Shown: positions 51,878 through 61,657 of the stretch, one piece after another
Position numbering within the stretch: the stretch's first letter is position 1
How the letters are laid out: each line of letters opens with the position of its first letter
NCBI GenBank assembly: GCA_963719495.1
Contig: CAVRCI010000001.1
Span: forward strand, 320,001 to 384,000
Length of the DNA: 64,000 nt
Source: an uncultured Verrucomicrobiae bacterium
GTDB taxonomy: Bacteria > Verrucomicrobiota > Verrucomicrobiia > Chthoniobacterales > JAATET01
Direction: 5' to 3'
Notes under the pieces: model-generated
Told to the model about the DNA's origin: nothing
Database searches by the model: none
Seen by the model: only the letters and a program-made list of their open reading frames with translations
Program-made: the position numbers and the translations under genes

Positions 51878-52858
51878 ATGACCACCGACCAAGCCCTCGA
51901 CTCACTCCGCGACCAGATCCGCCGCCAACGTCTTTCACTTTCCACCGAACGCACTTACCTCCAGTGGCTGCGCCGCTACGTCGATTATCTCAAACACCAT
52001 CCCCAGCTCTCCGCGGACCCCGGTCCCAAAAAAATCACGGATTTCCTGACGTCGCTGGCGGTTTCCCGCACCTCCGCGTCCGGCCAGAACCAAGCGCTCG
52101 CCGCCGTTCTGTTCTTCTATAAGCACGTCCTCGAGCAGGATCCCGGTCCGATCAAAGCTCTGCGCGTCCGACGTCCCGAGGGGCACCGCCACGCTCCCAG
52201 CCAGACGGACACGTTGCGGCTGCTCGATTCGATTCAAGACACTCCGCAATACCCAATTCGCCTCGTCGTCCACCTGCTCTACGGTTGCGGTCTTCGGCTG
52301 AATGAAGCCCTCGACTTTCGAATGAAAGACGTCGATCTCGACGGGAACCGCTTGATTATCCGCGAAGCCAAGGGAAACAAAACGCGCATCGTCGCGCTGC
52401 CGGGAGGTCTGCGGACCGCTCTGGCGACCCAGATGCAATCCGTGCGAAGAATCTGGGAGCGGGATCAGTGGAACGCCATTCCGGTCCCGCTCCCCGACCG
52501 TCTCCTCGAAAAGTCGCGACGTTGGGAGGCGACCCTGGCCTGGTATTGGCTCTTCCCCGCCGCCAAGCCCTGCCTTGACCCGCGTTCCGGCCGCCGCGTG
52601 CGCTGGCGATGTCATCAGGCCACCATTCAGCGCGCCGTCGGGAGGGCCAGCGACCAACTTGGCTTTTCGCTCCCGATCACTCCGCATCATTTGCGCCACG
52701 CCTACGCGACCCACGCGCTCGAACGCGGGGCCAACATCCGGGCGCTCCAGCTCGCGATGGGACACAAATCGCTGGAGACGACGCAAGGTTACCTGACCTC
52801 CGATGCGCTGAACGTTCCGAGTCCGCTGGATGGACTCGATCTTGATTGTGAGCTGTGA
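51878..52858 (+). CDS. intI: Integron-type tyrosine recombinase
   Basis: SLSTERTY..W, SASGQNQALAA.LFFYK, LYGCGLRL.E, KG.K.R, IntI-like patch WYWLFPA...DPRSG, HHLRHAYATH, MGHK..TT.GY. Confidence 0.85.
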   Translation: MTTDQALDSLRDQIRRQRLSLSTERTYLQWLRRYVDYLKHHPQLSADPGPKKITDFLTSLAVSRTSASGQNQALAAVLFFYKHVLEQDPGPIKALRVRRPEGHRHAPSQTDTLRLLDSIQDTPQYPIRLVVHLLYGCGLRLNEALDFRMKDVDLDGNRLIIREAKGNKTRIVALPGGLRTALATQMQSVRRIWERDQWNAIPVPLPDRLLEKSRRWEATLAWYWLFPAAKPCLDPRSGRRVRWRCHQATIQRAVGRASDQLGFSLPITPHHLRHAYATHALERGANIRALQLAMGHKSLETTQGYLTSDALNVPSPLDGLDLDCEL

Positions 52859-53036
52859 ATTTACGGGGAGGCCGGTCGCATTTGGGTGAAATCTGAATCC
52901 CGTTGGGTGCGTTGACGTTGCGCGAAAGCCAGGGAACGCGCGGCGCGCCTTCCCTACCATCCGAGGGTGGGGCGTTTCGCGCCGCAAGCGCCGTGGCTGC
53001 CTCGCTGACGTTAGCCGTCACCCCAGCGCGTCGTCT

Positions 53037-55328
53037 TCACTCCACGCCCCACCATTTCGGCAGAAGCACTTTCGTCCTCGTCTCGCCGAAACGTTGGTCG
53101 ATCAGCAACGCGGCCCCGCGATCCGTCTCCGATCGAATCAATCGACCCACGGCCTGCAGCACGCGCTGCATTCCGGGGAACCGATAGGCGAAATCGAAGC
53201 CCGCGCCGTGCGTGCGTTGAAACTCGTCGACCAACACGTCGCGTTCGACCGACAGCCCCGGCAGACCAATCCCGATCACCGTCACACCCACCACGCGGTC
53301 GCCGGGCAGGTCGATGCCTTCCGAGAAAATCCCGCCCAGCACCGCAAGTCCAACGGCATTCCCCGACTGCGCGAAGTTTCGCAGGAATTCATCGCGGGCT
53401 TCCTCGTCCATCCCGGACGTCTGCTCGACCAGGTGGATTCCCGCGGATTCCAATTCGTCGGACAACGCACTCAGGTAACGGAACGACGGACAGAAAACGA
53501 GATGGTTGCCGGGCCATTCGGCGACGTGTGCCGCGAGTGCCCGGCCGACCTCCGGCAGCGAGGCCATCCGCCCCTTGTAACTGACGTCGATGGCGAGCGC
53601 GGTCACCCGCATTTGCTCCGATCCGAAGGGGGACTCGATCTCGAGCGAGCGATCCGTCGCCACCCCACCGAGCAATTGCTGAAAATAGTCGAGCGGCGTG
53701 AGCGTCGCCGAGAAGAACACCGCCGCGCGAAGACCTTCCAGCGTCGCGGCCAGTCGCTTCGAAGCGTCCGCGCAAAAGAGGGTCACGCGTTGATCGAGCG
53801 GTTCGACGATCACCCGGCACGAGTCGTCGTAACCGTCCGCCGCCCGAAGAAATGCGAGCAATTCGAACCATGGCTCCAGCCAGGACGAAAGCTCCGCGCC
53901 CTCCGGCTGCTCCGTGAGGAAGCGCTCGATGGCACCCGAGCTCTCCCGTAATTCGATGATTAATTCCTCCGGCCATTCCTTCCAAACTTTGGCACCGTCG
54001 TGATAGGCGCGGGCGGGCAACTCCGAAGGCGTCTCGGTCGCCGTCAGAGTTTTCAGGGCTCTTGCCACCGCGGCAAACGCCCCGCGGGCGCGCCCAGCCC
54101 CCGTCCCCTCCATCCTGGAGGCTCCGAGGAGTGCGAACTCCGCCGCCGTCAGCGAAGCGGAATACATCGCCCGGCTTCGGTCCACGAGGTTGTGCGCTTC
54201 GTCGACGAGAACGACGTGGCGACCGTCCGCGTTCTCGAAGTGCCGTTGCAGCCGCGCCGTCGGATCGAAGACGTGGTTGAAATCCCCGATCACCACGTCG
54301 GTCCAGACCGAGGCGTCCAACGACAACTCGAACGGGCACACCGTGTGGGCCCGCGCCACCTCCTCGATGGCATCGCGATCAATCCGCTCGCGCTCGAGCA
54401 AATCCCGCACCGCCGGCCGGCAGCGGTCGAAATACCCGAGCGCGAACGGGCAGGTCCGCGGATCGCAGCCGGTCGTACCGGCGTTGAAACAAATTTTCCG
54501 CTTCGCCGTGAGACTCACGCTTCTCAGCCGCGCCCCGGCTCCGCGCAGATGCTCCAGCGCCTCGTCGGCCGCGATTCGTCCCGGCGTCTTGGCGGTCACG
54601 TAGAAGATCTGGCCGTCCACGGTCGGCAACGACTTCACCGCCGGAAACAACGTCGCCAGCGTTTTGCCCGTCCCGGTGGGTGCTTCGGCAAAAAGCCGCC
54701 CGCCGTCGCGAATCGTGCGGAAGACCTCGACCGAAAATTCGCGCTGTCCCGGGCGAAATCCGCCGAGTGGGAACTCCATTGCCGCTATGCTGGCGTCCCG
54801 CTTCTCGACCCAGCGCGCTTTCGGAATCAACCATTCGAACCAAAACCGCAACGTCGCTTCGAGGAATGCGGCCAGCGTTTCCGCTTTCTCGATCTCCGGA
54901 AAATTCGTTTCCGCGTCGGTGTCGAGATCGAGGTAGGTCAGCCGCACCTCGACCTCGGTCCACGCGCGCTGGGCGGCCAGCAATGCGGCGTAGATTCGGA
55001 CCTGCGCGCGGTGCAGGGGAGCGGCCTCGCCGGACCAACCCGTCTCGACGGTCTTGATCTCCTCGACCACGGGGGGGGCGGTGTTTGCCGTGAGGCCGTC
55101 GACCCGGCCGACGAGTTTCAACTTCACACCATCACGCTCGAACTCCGCTTCGAGCGGAATTTCCGCCTCGTAGCCGTCGCCGCGGGCTCCCTGGATTTTG
55201 CGGTGACCGCGGGTGCCTTCCAACGCGCGGGTGCTCGAGAGAATCCTACCGCTGCCGCCCCGGTCACCCGTCCGATAGGCGAATTCGACAAGCTCGCGGA
55301 CGGAGACGCGTTGTTCGAATTGACCCAC
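53037..55328 (-). CDS. DinG/XPD-like Fe-S helicase with an N-terminal PD-(D/E)XK nuclease domain
   Basis: GRVDG...EEIKT; APTGTGKT; KICF..C...CPF; VDEAHN; FSATL; EGID; QAVGRLIR. Confidence 0.88.
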   Translation of the reverse strand: MGQFEQRVSVRELVEFAYRTGDRGGSGRILSSTRALEGTRGHRKIQGARGDGYEAEIPLEAEFERDGVKLKLVGRVDGLTANTAPPVVEEIKTVETGWSGEAAPLHRAQVRIYAALLAAQRAWTEVEVRLTYLDLDTDAETNFPEIEKAETLAAFLEATLRFWFEWLIPKARWVEKRDASIAAMEFPLGGFRPGQREFSVEVFRTIRDGGRLFAEAPTGTGKTLATLFPAVKSLPTVDGQIFYVTAKTPGRIAADEALEHLRGAGARLRSVSLTAKRKICFNAGTTGCDPRTCPFALGYFDRCRPAVRDLLERERIDRDAIEEVARAHTVCPFELSLDASVWTDVVIGDFNHVFDPTARLQRHFENADGRHVVLVDEAHNLVDRSRAMYSASLTAAEFALLGASRMEGTGAGRARGAFAAVARALKTLTATETPSELPARAYHDGAKVWKEWPEELIIELRESSGAIERFLTEQPEGAELSSWLEPWFELLAFLRAADGYDDSCRVIVEPLDQRVTLFCADASKRLAATLEGLRAAVFFSATLTPLDYFQQLLGGVATDRSLEIESPFGSEQMRVTALAIDVSYKGRMASLPEVGRALAAHVAEWPGNHLVFCPSFRYLSALSDELESAGIHLVEQTSGMDEEARDEFLRNFAQSGNAVGLAVLGGIFSEGIDLPGDRVVGVTVIGIGLPGLSVERDVLVDEFQRTHGAGFDFAYRFPGMQRVLQAVGRLIRSETDRGAALLIDQRFGETRTKVLLPKWWGVE

Positions 55329-55484
55329 GCGGCGGAGCCTATCCGACTTGATTCGGATGTGGAGTCGCTTCGATGCGCTCGAGTCGAGTCTTCACCGGGG
55401 AAATTTGCGTTTGGTGTGGGTTTGGCCGGTTTGGGGATTGCGGCGTCCAGGGAAGGAAGCGACGGCACCCGGGGCCCGGTTGCC

Positions 55485-56240
55485 CTACCTGATCGGTCGA
55501 TGGGGCGGGGCTGGCACCGCTTGGTTGGCCCGGTTGGCTCGCTTTTCGCGATGGCCAAGTTCGTCAGCTCCTTCGATCACCAGGCAAATTTCTCCTTTCG
55601 GTGGGCGGACCGTGTAGTGCTCGAGCAAAACTGACGGTGACTCGATCCGATATTCTTCGAATTTCTTGGTCAGCTCGCGGGCGACGCACACGCGACGCTC
55701 CGGGGCAATTTCCGCCAGGACAGCCAGGGATTTGACCAGTCGGTGCGGGCTTTCAAAGAAAACGCTCGTGCCCGTTTCCGCGAGAGCGGCTTCGAGCGCG
55801 TTGCGGCGTTGGCCGGACTTGACCGGCAGGAATCCGGCGAATCGAAAGTGCGTAGCGTCGAACCCCGAGCCGACGACCGAAGTCACGACCGCCGACGCAC
55901 CCGGCAGCACCGTGTATTCCACATCCGATTGCGCGCACGCCCGAACCAGTCTCATGCCCGGATCGGACACGCCCGGCATCCCCGCGTCCGTGATCAAAGC
56001 GACGTTCTTCCCGGCCCTCAGATCCTCGAGCAATTCCGCGGTTCGCTGCGCTTCGTTGTGGGCGTGGAAGCTGACGAACGGTTTCGAGATCCCGTGGTGC
56101 TTGAGCAGGATTCCCGAGTGGCGCGTGTCCTCGGCCGCAACAACGTCCGCATCCCGCAGCGCGGCCAAGGCCCGCAGGGTGATGTCGTCGAGATTACCGA
56201 TCGGCGTCGGAACGATGGTCAACACGGCCGCGCCCTCCAC
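55485..56240 (-). CDS. rsmI: 16S rRNA C1402 2'-O-methyltransferase
   Basis: PTPIGNLDDIT, AEDTRH, DAGMPGVSDPG, ESPHR, RELTKKFEE. Confidence 0.95.
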   Translation of the reverse strand: MEGAAVLTIVPTPIGNLDDITLRALAALRDADVVAAEDTRHSGILLKHHGISKPFVSFHAHNEAQRTAELLEDLRAGKNVALITDAGMPGVSDPGMRLVRACAQSDVEYTVLPGASAVVTSVVGSGFDATHFRFAGFLPVKSGQRRNALEAALAETGTSVFFESPHRLVKSLAVLAEIAPERRVCVARELTKKFEEYRIESPSVLLEHYTVRPPKGEICLVIEGADELGHREKRANRANQAVPAPPHRPIR

Positions 56241-56264
56241 TCGAAAATCGAAAATCGAAAATCC

Positions 56265-56822
56265 TCAGAACCCTTCCGTCAGCTGCCCGGTGAGCTCGAT
56301 TGCCACCTGCTGAACGGCCTGAACGAACGCCTGGCGCTCGTCGGTCTGGAGATCGTTGTTGATGAAGAACGAAGTGTCGGCGTTGACGGTGCCGCCTTGG
56401 ATCACCCGACCGGTCACTCGATCCACCAGCTCATATTCGACGGAGAGGCGGAGGTTGAACTCCTGAGTCGCGAGCACGTTGTTTCGAACGGCGCGAGCCT
56501 GGCGACGTTCGGCGTTATCGAGCGTGCAATAGAGGATGGCGTCGGCCCGCTCATCGGACACGATTTGGTAGGTGCCATCCTGCTGCAGTTGCTTGATGAG
56601 CGTGTCGGCCATGAGGACCTCGATGCGCGGCTCGTAGGTCTTGTTTTTGAAGGTTTGGACCGCCAGCGTCTCGACATCGCGCAAAATGGCGGGCTTGGCG
56701 GGCCCGAGGTGGTAGCCGCAGCCCGAGACAAGGGCGGACAGAATCAGCACCAGTGCAAAGGCAGAGCGTCGCAGTGGAATTTGGCACCAGGCTGGCGCGG
56801 CAAGTGGCTGGGAAGCGCTCAT
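56265..56822 (-). CDS. lptE: LptE-family lipoprotein
   Basis: Lipobox LVSGCGYHL, F.NKT.EP. Confidence 0.8.
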   Translation of the reverse strand: MSASQPLAAPAWCQIPLRRSAFALVLILSALVSGCGYHLGPAKPAILRDVETLAVQTFKNKTYEPRIEVLMADTLIKQLQQDGTYQIVSDERADAILYCTLDNAERRQARAVRNNVLATQEFNLRLSVEYELVDRVTGRVIQGGTVNADTSFFINNDLQTDERQAFVQAVQQVAIELTGQLTEGF

Positions 56823-58069
56823 TCCGTTGGCAGATCGGGTTCCACGGCTGGGAGCGGCCGCACGTCGTCCACCGAGGTCCGCATGCGCGGGGCGCTGGCT
56901 GGCAGTTCATCCGGGACGATCGTGCGGGTCGGCGGGCCGGAGTAGTCGGCCAACGCCGAAGTCTCGACCTGCGCTTGGAGGCGGCGGCGGAGCGCGGCTT
57001 TCTCGCCCGTATCGGCGCTCTCGGGGCCGGTTCGTAGCGCGTCATCGCCGTATTGGCTGCGAAGCTCCTCAATGCGGGCCTTCGCGAGATTGGCGTCTTC
57101 GGTGTTCGGCTGGCGACGGATGACGTCGTTGTAATAAATGACGGCTGCTTTGAGATCCTTGCTGAACTCGTAGAACCTCGCGATCCGAAGAATGTCGGAG
57201 GACTGCTTGCCGTCGAGCTGTTCGAGATTCTCGCGAGCCTGCGGGAGCTTTTCGCTGTCGGGATACTCGATGATGAAATCCTCGAACGTGTTGCGGGCCG
57301 CCACGAGCGACGACATGTCCTGCGACTGGTCGGCGAAGCCGACTCGCATGTAGACGAATCCGATCTGGTAGAGTGCGTCGTCGCAGACGTCGCTTTTCGG
57401 ATAATTGTCGAGGAGGGTCTGGTAGGAACGGACCGCTTCGAAGGGGAGACTCTGCTTCTCGTAGGCGAGGCCGAGGTTGAACTGGGCGATGGGCGCGAAT
57501 TTGCTGAAGGGCGCGTTGCCGACGATGGCGGCATACATTTCCTGGGCACGCTCGGCGGAATTTCCAATGGGGATTCCGAAGAAGACCTGGGGTTTTCCGG
57601 CGAGGTAGGCGTTGGCGATGGTGACCTGCGCGGCGACGGCTCGCTCGAAGTTCGGCGTGTCCGGGTAACGCTGCAGCAGGTATTGGTAGGCGTCGAAGGC
57701 TTTGGACGCCTTCCCCTGAGCTTCGAGTAGCTCGGCGACGCGGAACTGGGCGGGGCCGGCGGGCTTGGCGAACGGATACTGCTTGATGGCCCGCTTATAC
57801 GCGGTGAGCGCCCGATCGACGGACCCGGCTTCGTCGAGAGCCAGCGCGCTGGCGTAAAGCGCTTGGGCGTCGGCGATCTGGGCTTCCGTCATTTCCTCGG
57901 CGGAATCCGTCTGCACAATCGGTGCCGCCTCGATCCGCTCCGGCACCTGCGCGCCGGGCGATCGGCCCGTCTGAGCGAGCGCCAAGTCGACCGCACAGAC
58001 CGTCAAGATCCCGGTCAGCGCAAAGGTGCGGACCGAGCTAATCGAGGAGTGGCTGAAACCAAGTCGCAT
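56819..58069 (-). CDS. bamD: BamD-like TPR outer-membrane assembly protein
   Basis: TPR repeats, F...YPDS, IARFY...AA..YY; adjacent to lptE. Confidence 0.8.
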   Translation of the reverse strand: MRLGFSHSSISSVRTFALTGILTVCAVDLALAQTGRSPGAQVPERIEAAPIVQTDSAEEMTEAQIADAQALYASALALDEAGSVDRALTAYKRAIKQYPFAKPAGPAQFRVAELLEAQGKASKAFDAYQYLLQRYPDTPNFERAVAAQVTIANAYLAGKPQVFFGIPIGNSAERAQEMYAAIVGNAPFSKFAPIAQFNLGLAYEKQSLPFEAVRSYQTLLDNYPKSDVCDDALYQIGFVYMRVGFADQSQDMSSLVAARNTFEDFIIEYPDSEKLPQARENLEQLDGKQSSDILRIARFYEFSKDLKAAVIYYNDVIRRQPNTEDANLAKARIEELRSQYGDDALRTGPESADTGEKAALRRRLQAQVETSALADYSGPPTRTIVPDELPASAPRMRTSVDDVRPLPAVEPDLPTE

Positions 58070-58135
58070 GCGGACGGTGAAGGTATGGAGGGGCTAGTTG
58101 AGCGTCAAGGGAACGATGGTTGGTTCGTGTCGAAC

Positions 58136-59884
58136 GGGTGCAGGACAAAAATCTTCAATCATGCGGCGAGGGGGAGCGTGTCGTTCTCAGCGGCGCGTGA
58201 GTTGAGGCGGTATTTCCAGAACGAGTTCGTTCTGCGGCTGGCATGGATGCACCGGAAGGCGAGGACTTTGTCCGCGCCAGGCTCGCCCCAGAACATGCCC
58301 GATTGCTTGCATCGCTTTCCGATGAGTGAGCGGCAGCCGGCTTCGACGACTCCGGAGCCGATGAAGTATTTTCTGGCCCGGAAGGTTCCGTATTGCATGC
58401 GCGGGATGTTGTTCACGAAGTAGCCCAAAGTGGTTTCCACCTGTGCCACATTGCCGCGAAGGAGGGCTTCCTGGCGCGCCTGCTTGATGATGCGCTCGAC
58501 CCCGTCGTGAGCGAGGAGTTTTTTCCAGTGATGTCTGCGGCGCTTGTTGCGGGCCTGCTCCGCTTTGCCCCAGAGGGTTTCGATCAGGGTCTGGAGGTGT
58601 TCCATGGCGTGGTAGAAGTCCACGATTTGGACGGCATCCGGAAAGTAATCGTGCCCGAGCTTTTCCAAGCCGGGGGCTCCGTCGATGAGCAGGACGGTTT
58701 CCGGGGCCGAGAACAAGCCGCGCCGAATGGCCTCGCGACGCAGGCTGATTCCAAAGTCCGAGGGGCTCTGGAAGGCGGAGAGGTAGGTGGTGGAGTCGTG
58801 GTCGCGCAGGGGGCGACCTTGGTCATCTTCTTTGGTCTGGGTGAAGACGCAACCGAGCGTGGCCATGCGGGTTTTGGCTTTTGCGTCGGGGGCTTTGCCT
58901 TTGCGGCCAGCGAGTTCATCCCGGCGCATGGGCACTCCGGTGGCGTCCGCGCTGACGTAGAGGATCCTGGCCTCGCAGGGGCCGGGGGCCGATTCTCGTT
59001 TTTGCCACGCCACGGCGCACTCGCCCGTGCGGCCAACCACACGCTGGATCTGGCGCTCGGAGACGGAGATGCCGCCAGTTTCCGCGAGGTGGAAGCAAGC
59101 CTGCTGGAAGCTGCTTTCATCCGCTCCCTCCAAGCAGATGAGCCGGGCCAGGGCGGGGGTGTAGGCCCCTTCCAGACCGAGGGCCGAATCGGCCGGGAAG
59201 TGGCCGCATTTTTTCCCGGGATGGTAGTAGTATTGGCGCAGCAGCGCGAAGGAGCCGAACATGCCCTGGACCATGAGAACCTCGCGCCCCTTGGCTTGTT
59301 CGCCGGGCTTGGGGAGGTAGGCCGCGTCAATGCGCTCGGCGGCTTGCTGCAGGAGCATGGCCACCAGTTCGTTGGCTGGTTTGAAGATGGCTGTGCGCAC
59401 GAGGACTTCCAACTCGGCGACGGCAGTTCCGGCTGGCTCTTTGCTGCGGAACGCGGCGATCAGGTCTTGGATTTCCGCTTCCTGGGCGAGGCAGATGTTT
59501 GGGTCGGGCGTTTTTTTTTAGCCCCGGCCTTGCGATCCTGCCTGCTCTGCGCGGTGATCAAGTCCGCATACTCGCCGACAAGAGACTGGAAGCGATGATG
59601 GGCATCAATGTTCTCCTGGGCTTGGGCCACCTGATCGGCCGGGACGTATTCGGTCACGTTTCGCCCACCCTCCCTACGCTGGAGATTGAAGTAAGATCCG
59701 CTCTGGCCTTGACGGATCACCGAGAGCTTTCCTCGCTCCATGCGGTCGATGGCCGCGATTTGATCAAGGATGGCACGAGGTGCGGTATTTGGGTTCATCA
59801 ATCAAACGTATATGTAAACGCATATACTTTGGCAGTAAAAATACCTCGCTGAAATGCTTTTTCAGAGATTTTTGTCCTGCACCC
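58136..59884 (-). mobile_element. ISKra4-type insertion sequence (1749 bp)
   Basis: 19-bp IRs GGGTGCAGGACAAAAATCT / AGATTTTTGTCCTGCACCC; perfect 9-bp TSD GTGTCGAAC (58127-58135, 59885-59893). Confidence 0.92.
58159..59801 (-). CDS. ISKra4-type transposase (orfA 59460-59801 plus orfB 58159-~59518, probably joined by a -1 frameshift)
   Basis: SADATGVP, IDGA, DFYHA.EH, Y...R...IGSGVVEA.C..LIG.R.KQSGM.W; A9 run at 59511-59519. Confidence 0.85.
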
Positions 59885-59931
59885 GTGTCGAACCGCGCGA
59901 AGTGAAAATCGCCGCGGGGCGTGTCCAAACC

Positions 59932-60024
59932 TGTCATTTTGAGCGAAGCGAAAAATCTCTGGCCCACACTGCATTTCACCCCAGGGTGAGAAGTCAGAGA
60001 TGTTTCGGTTCCCTCAACATGACA
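59932..60024. repeat. TGTCAT-type REP doublet (inverted pair)
   Basis: TGTCATTTTGAGCGAAGCGAAAAATCTCT ... AGAGATGTTTCGGTTCCCTCAACATGACA. Confidence 0.8.
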
Positions 60025-60155
60025 TTGATTTGGACCGAGGCATCATCCGGCAGTCTAACGCGCTTGCCCGACCGACATTCTCGCAGCACCACTACCGTCC
60101 CGCGCCAACGACGCCGCCCTTCCGGGCGAACGCCATTGGCGACCGGACTCCCGAA

Positions 60156-60623
60156 CTACGCGTCGGGCGTGGTCTCCGCGTCTTTCGCGGCTTCCTTCTT
60201 CGGCTTCGTGGCCTTGGCTTTCTTGGCGGGAGCGGCGACCTCGACGGCCTCCACATCAGCTTCGACGACGGTGTCGACCCACTCGATGAAGGCCATCGGC
60301 GCGGAATCACTCTGGCGGGGCCCAAGCTTGATGATGCGGGTGTAACCGCCTTGGCGCGAAGCCGCGCGGGGCGCGATCTCGGCGAACAGTTTCTGCACGG
60401 CGACCTTCTGGCCGAGGTAACCGGCGGCGAGTCGGCGGGCGTGGAGATCACCCCGTTTTCCGAGGGTCACCATCTTCTCCGCGAACGGGCGCACGGCCTT
60501 GGCCTTGGCGAGGGTGGTCTTGATGCGATGGTGCTCGATCAGGCTCACGACCTGATTGGCGAGCATGGCGTCGCGGTGGGCCTGCGAGCGGCCCAGCTTG
60601 ATGGTTTTGACTTGATGTCTCAT
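60156..60623 (-). CDS. rplQ: 50S ribosomal protein L17
   Basis: MRH....[21 protein letters not shown]. Confidence 0.97.
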   Translation of the reverse strand: MRHQVKTIKLGRSQAHRDAMLANQVVSLIEHHRIKTTLAKAKAVRPFAEKMVTLGKRGDLHARRLAAGYLGQKVAVQKLFAEIAPRAASRQGGYTRIIKLGPRQSDSAPMAFIEWVDTVVEADVEAVEVAAPAKKAKATKPKKEAAKDAETTPDA

Positions 60624-60643
60624 GGCTTAAAGGAGGCTTGGGA

Positions 60644-61657
60644 TCACTCCGCCGCCGGGGCTTCGGCGGGAAGGTCGATCAGACCGGGTTCGAATTTCAG
60701 ACCAAGGCCGAGTCCAAGCTGGATGAGCTTGTCCTTGATCTCGTTGAGCGACTTCTTGCCGAAGTTGCGATACTTGAGCATCTCGGCTTCGGATTTCATC
60801 GCGAGCTGACCGACGGTCGTGATGTTCGCGTTGTTGAGGCAGTTCGCCGCGCGGACGGAGAGCTCGATCTCGTTGACGCTCATGTTGAGAAGCTTCTTGA
60901 GGCGGCTGTTTTCCTGACTGACTTCCTGCGGAGTCTCGTCGAACTCGATCTGCTCGTCGTCGTAGTTGACGAAGACGTCGAGGTGCTTGCGGAGAATCGC
61001 GGAGGCTTGGAGCACCGCGTCTTCGGGCGTGATGCGACCGTCCGTCCAGACGTCGATCACGAGCTTGTCGTAATCGGTGCGCTGGCCGACGCGGGTCTGC
61101 TCGACGGCGTATTTCACGCGGGTAACGGGCGAGAAAATCGAATCGATGGCGATCTGCCCGATCGGCATGTCGGCGAATTTGTTCTGGTCGCCGGTCGCGA
61201 ATCCACGGCCAACCTTGACCTCGAATTCAGCCTCGAACTTCTGCTTCTTATCGAGCGTGCAGATGTGCTGGTCGGGGTTAAGAACTTCGCACTGGGTCGT
61301 CGACTGGATGTCGGCGGCGGTGATGGCGCCTTCGCGGTTCACCGAGAGGGAAAGGTTGCGAATTTCGTTCTCGTGGGCTTTGAATTTGACCTTCTTGAGG
61401 TTGAGAATGATGTCGACCACGTCTTCGACCACGCCGGGGAGGCTGGTGAACTCGTGGGCCGCGCCCTCGATCTTGACGGAGGTGATGGCGGCGCCTTCCA
61501 GCGAGGAAAGCAGCACGCGGCGGAGAGAGTTCCCGACGGTGTGTCCAAATCCGGCCTCGAATGGCTCGGCGATGAACTTCGTGTAGGTGTCGGTGGCGGT
61601 GGCCTCGTCCCGGGAAAGGGATTTGGGCATTTCGAATCGTCCAAGACGAACAGGCAT
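60644..61657 (-). CDS. rpoA: RNA polymerase subunit alpha
   Basis: EPFEAGFGHTVGNSLRRVLLSS, IDSIFSPV, ELSVRAANCL, NFGKKSLNEI. Confidence 0.97.
   Translation of the reverse strand: MPVRLGRFEMPKSLSRDEATATDTYTKFIAEPFEAGFGHTVGNSLRRVLLSSLEGAAITSVKIEGAAHEFTSLPGVVEDVVDIILNLKKVKFKAHENEIRNLSLSVNREGAITAADIQSTTQCEVLNPDQHICTLDKKQKFEAEFEVKVGRGFATGDQNKFADMPIGQIAIDSIFSPVTRVKYAVEQTRVGQRTDYDKLVIDVWTDGRITPEDAVLQASAILRKHLDVFVNYDDEQIEFDETPQEVSQENSRLKKLLNMSVNEIELSVRAANCLNNANITTVGQLAMKSEAEMLKYRNFGKKSLNEIKDKLIQLGLGLGLKFEPGLIDLPAEAPAAE

Noticed and set aside
53037..55328. Type IV CRISPR DinG/Cas4 module
   Set aside because: No csf genes or array; nuclease-DinG fusions are a common stand-alone family
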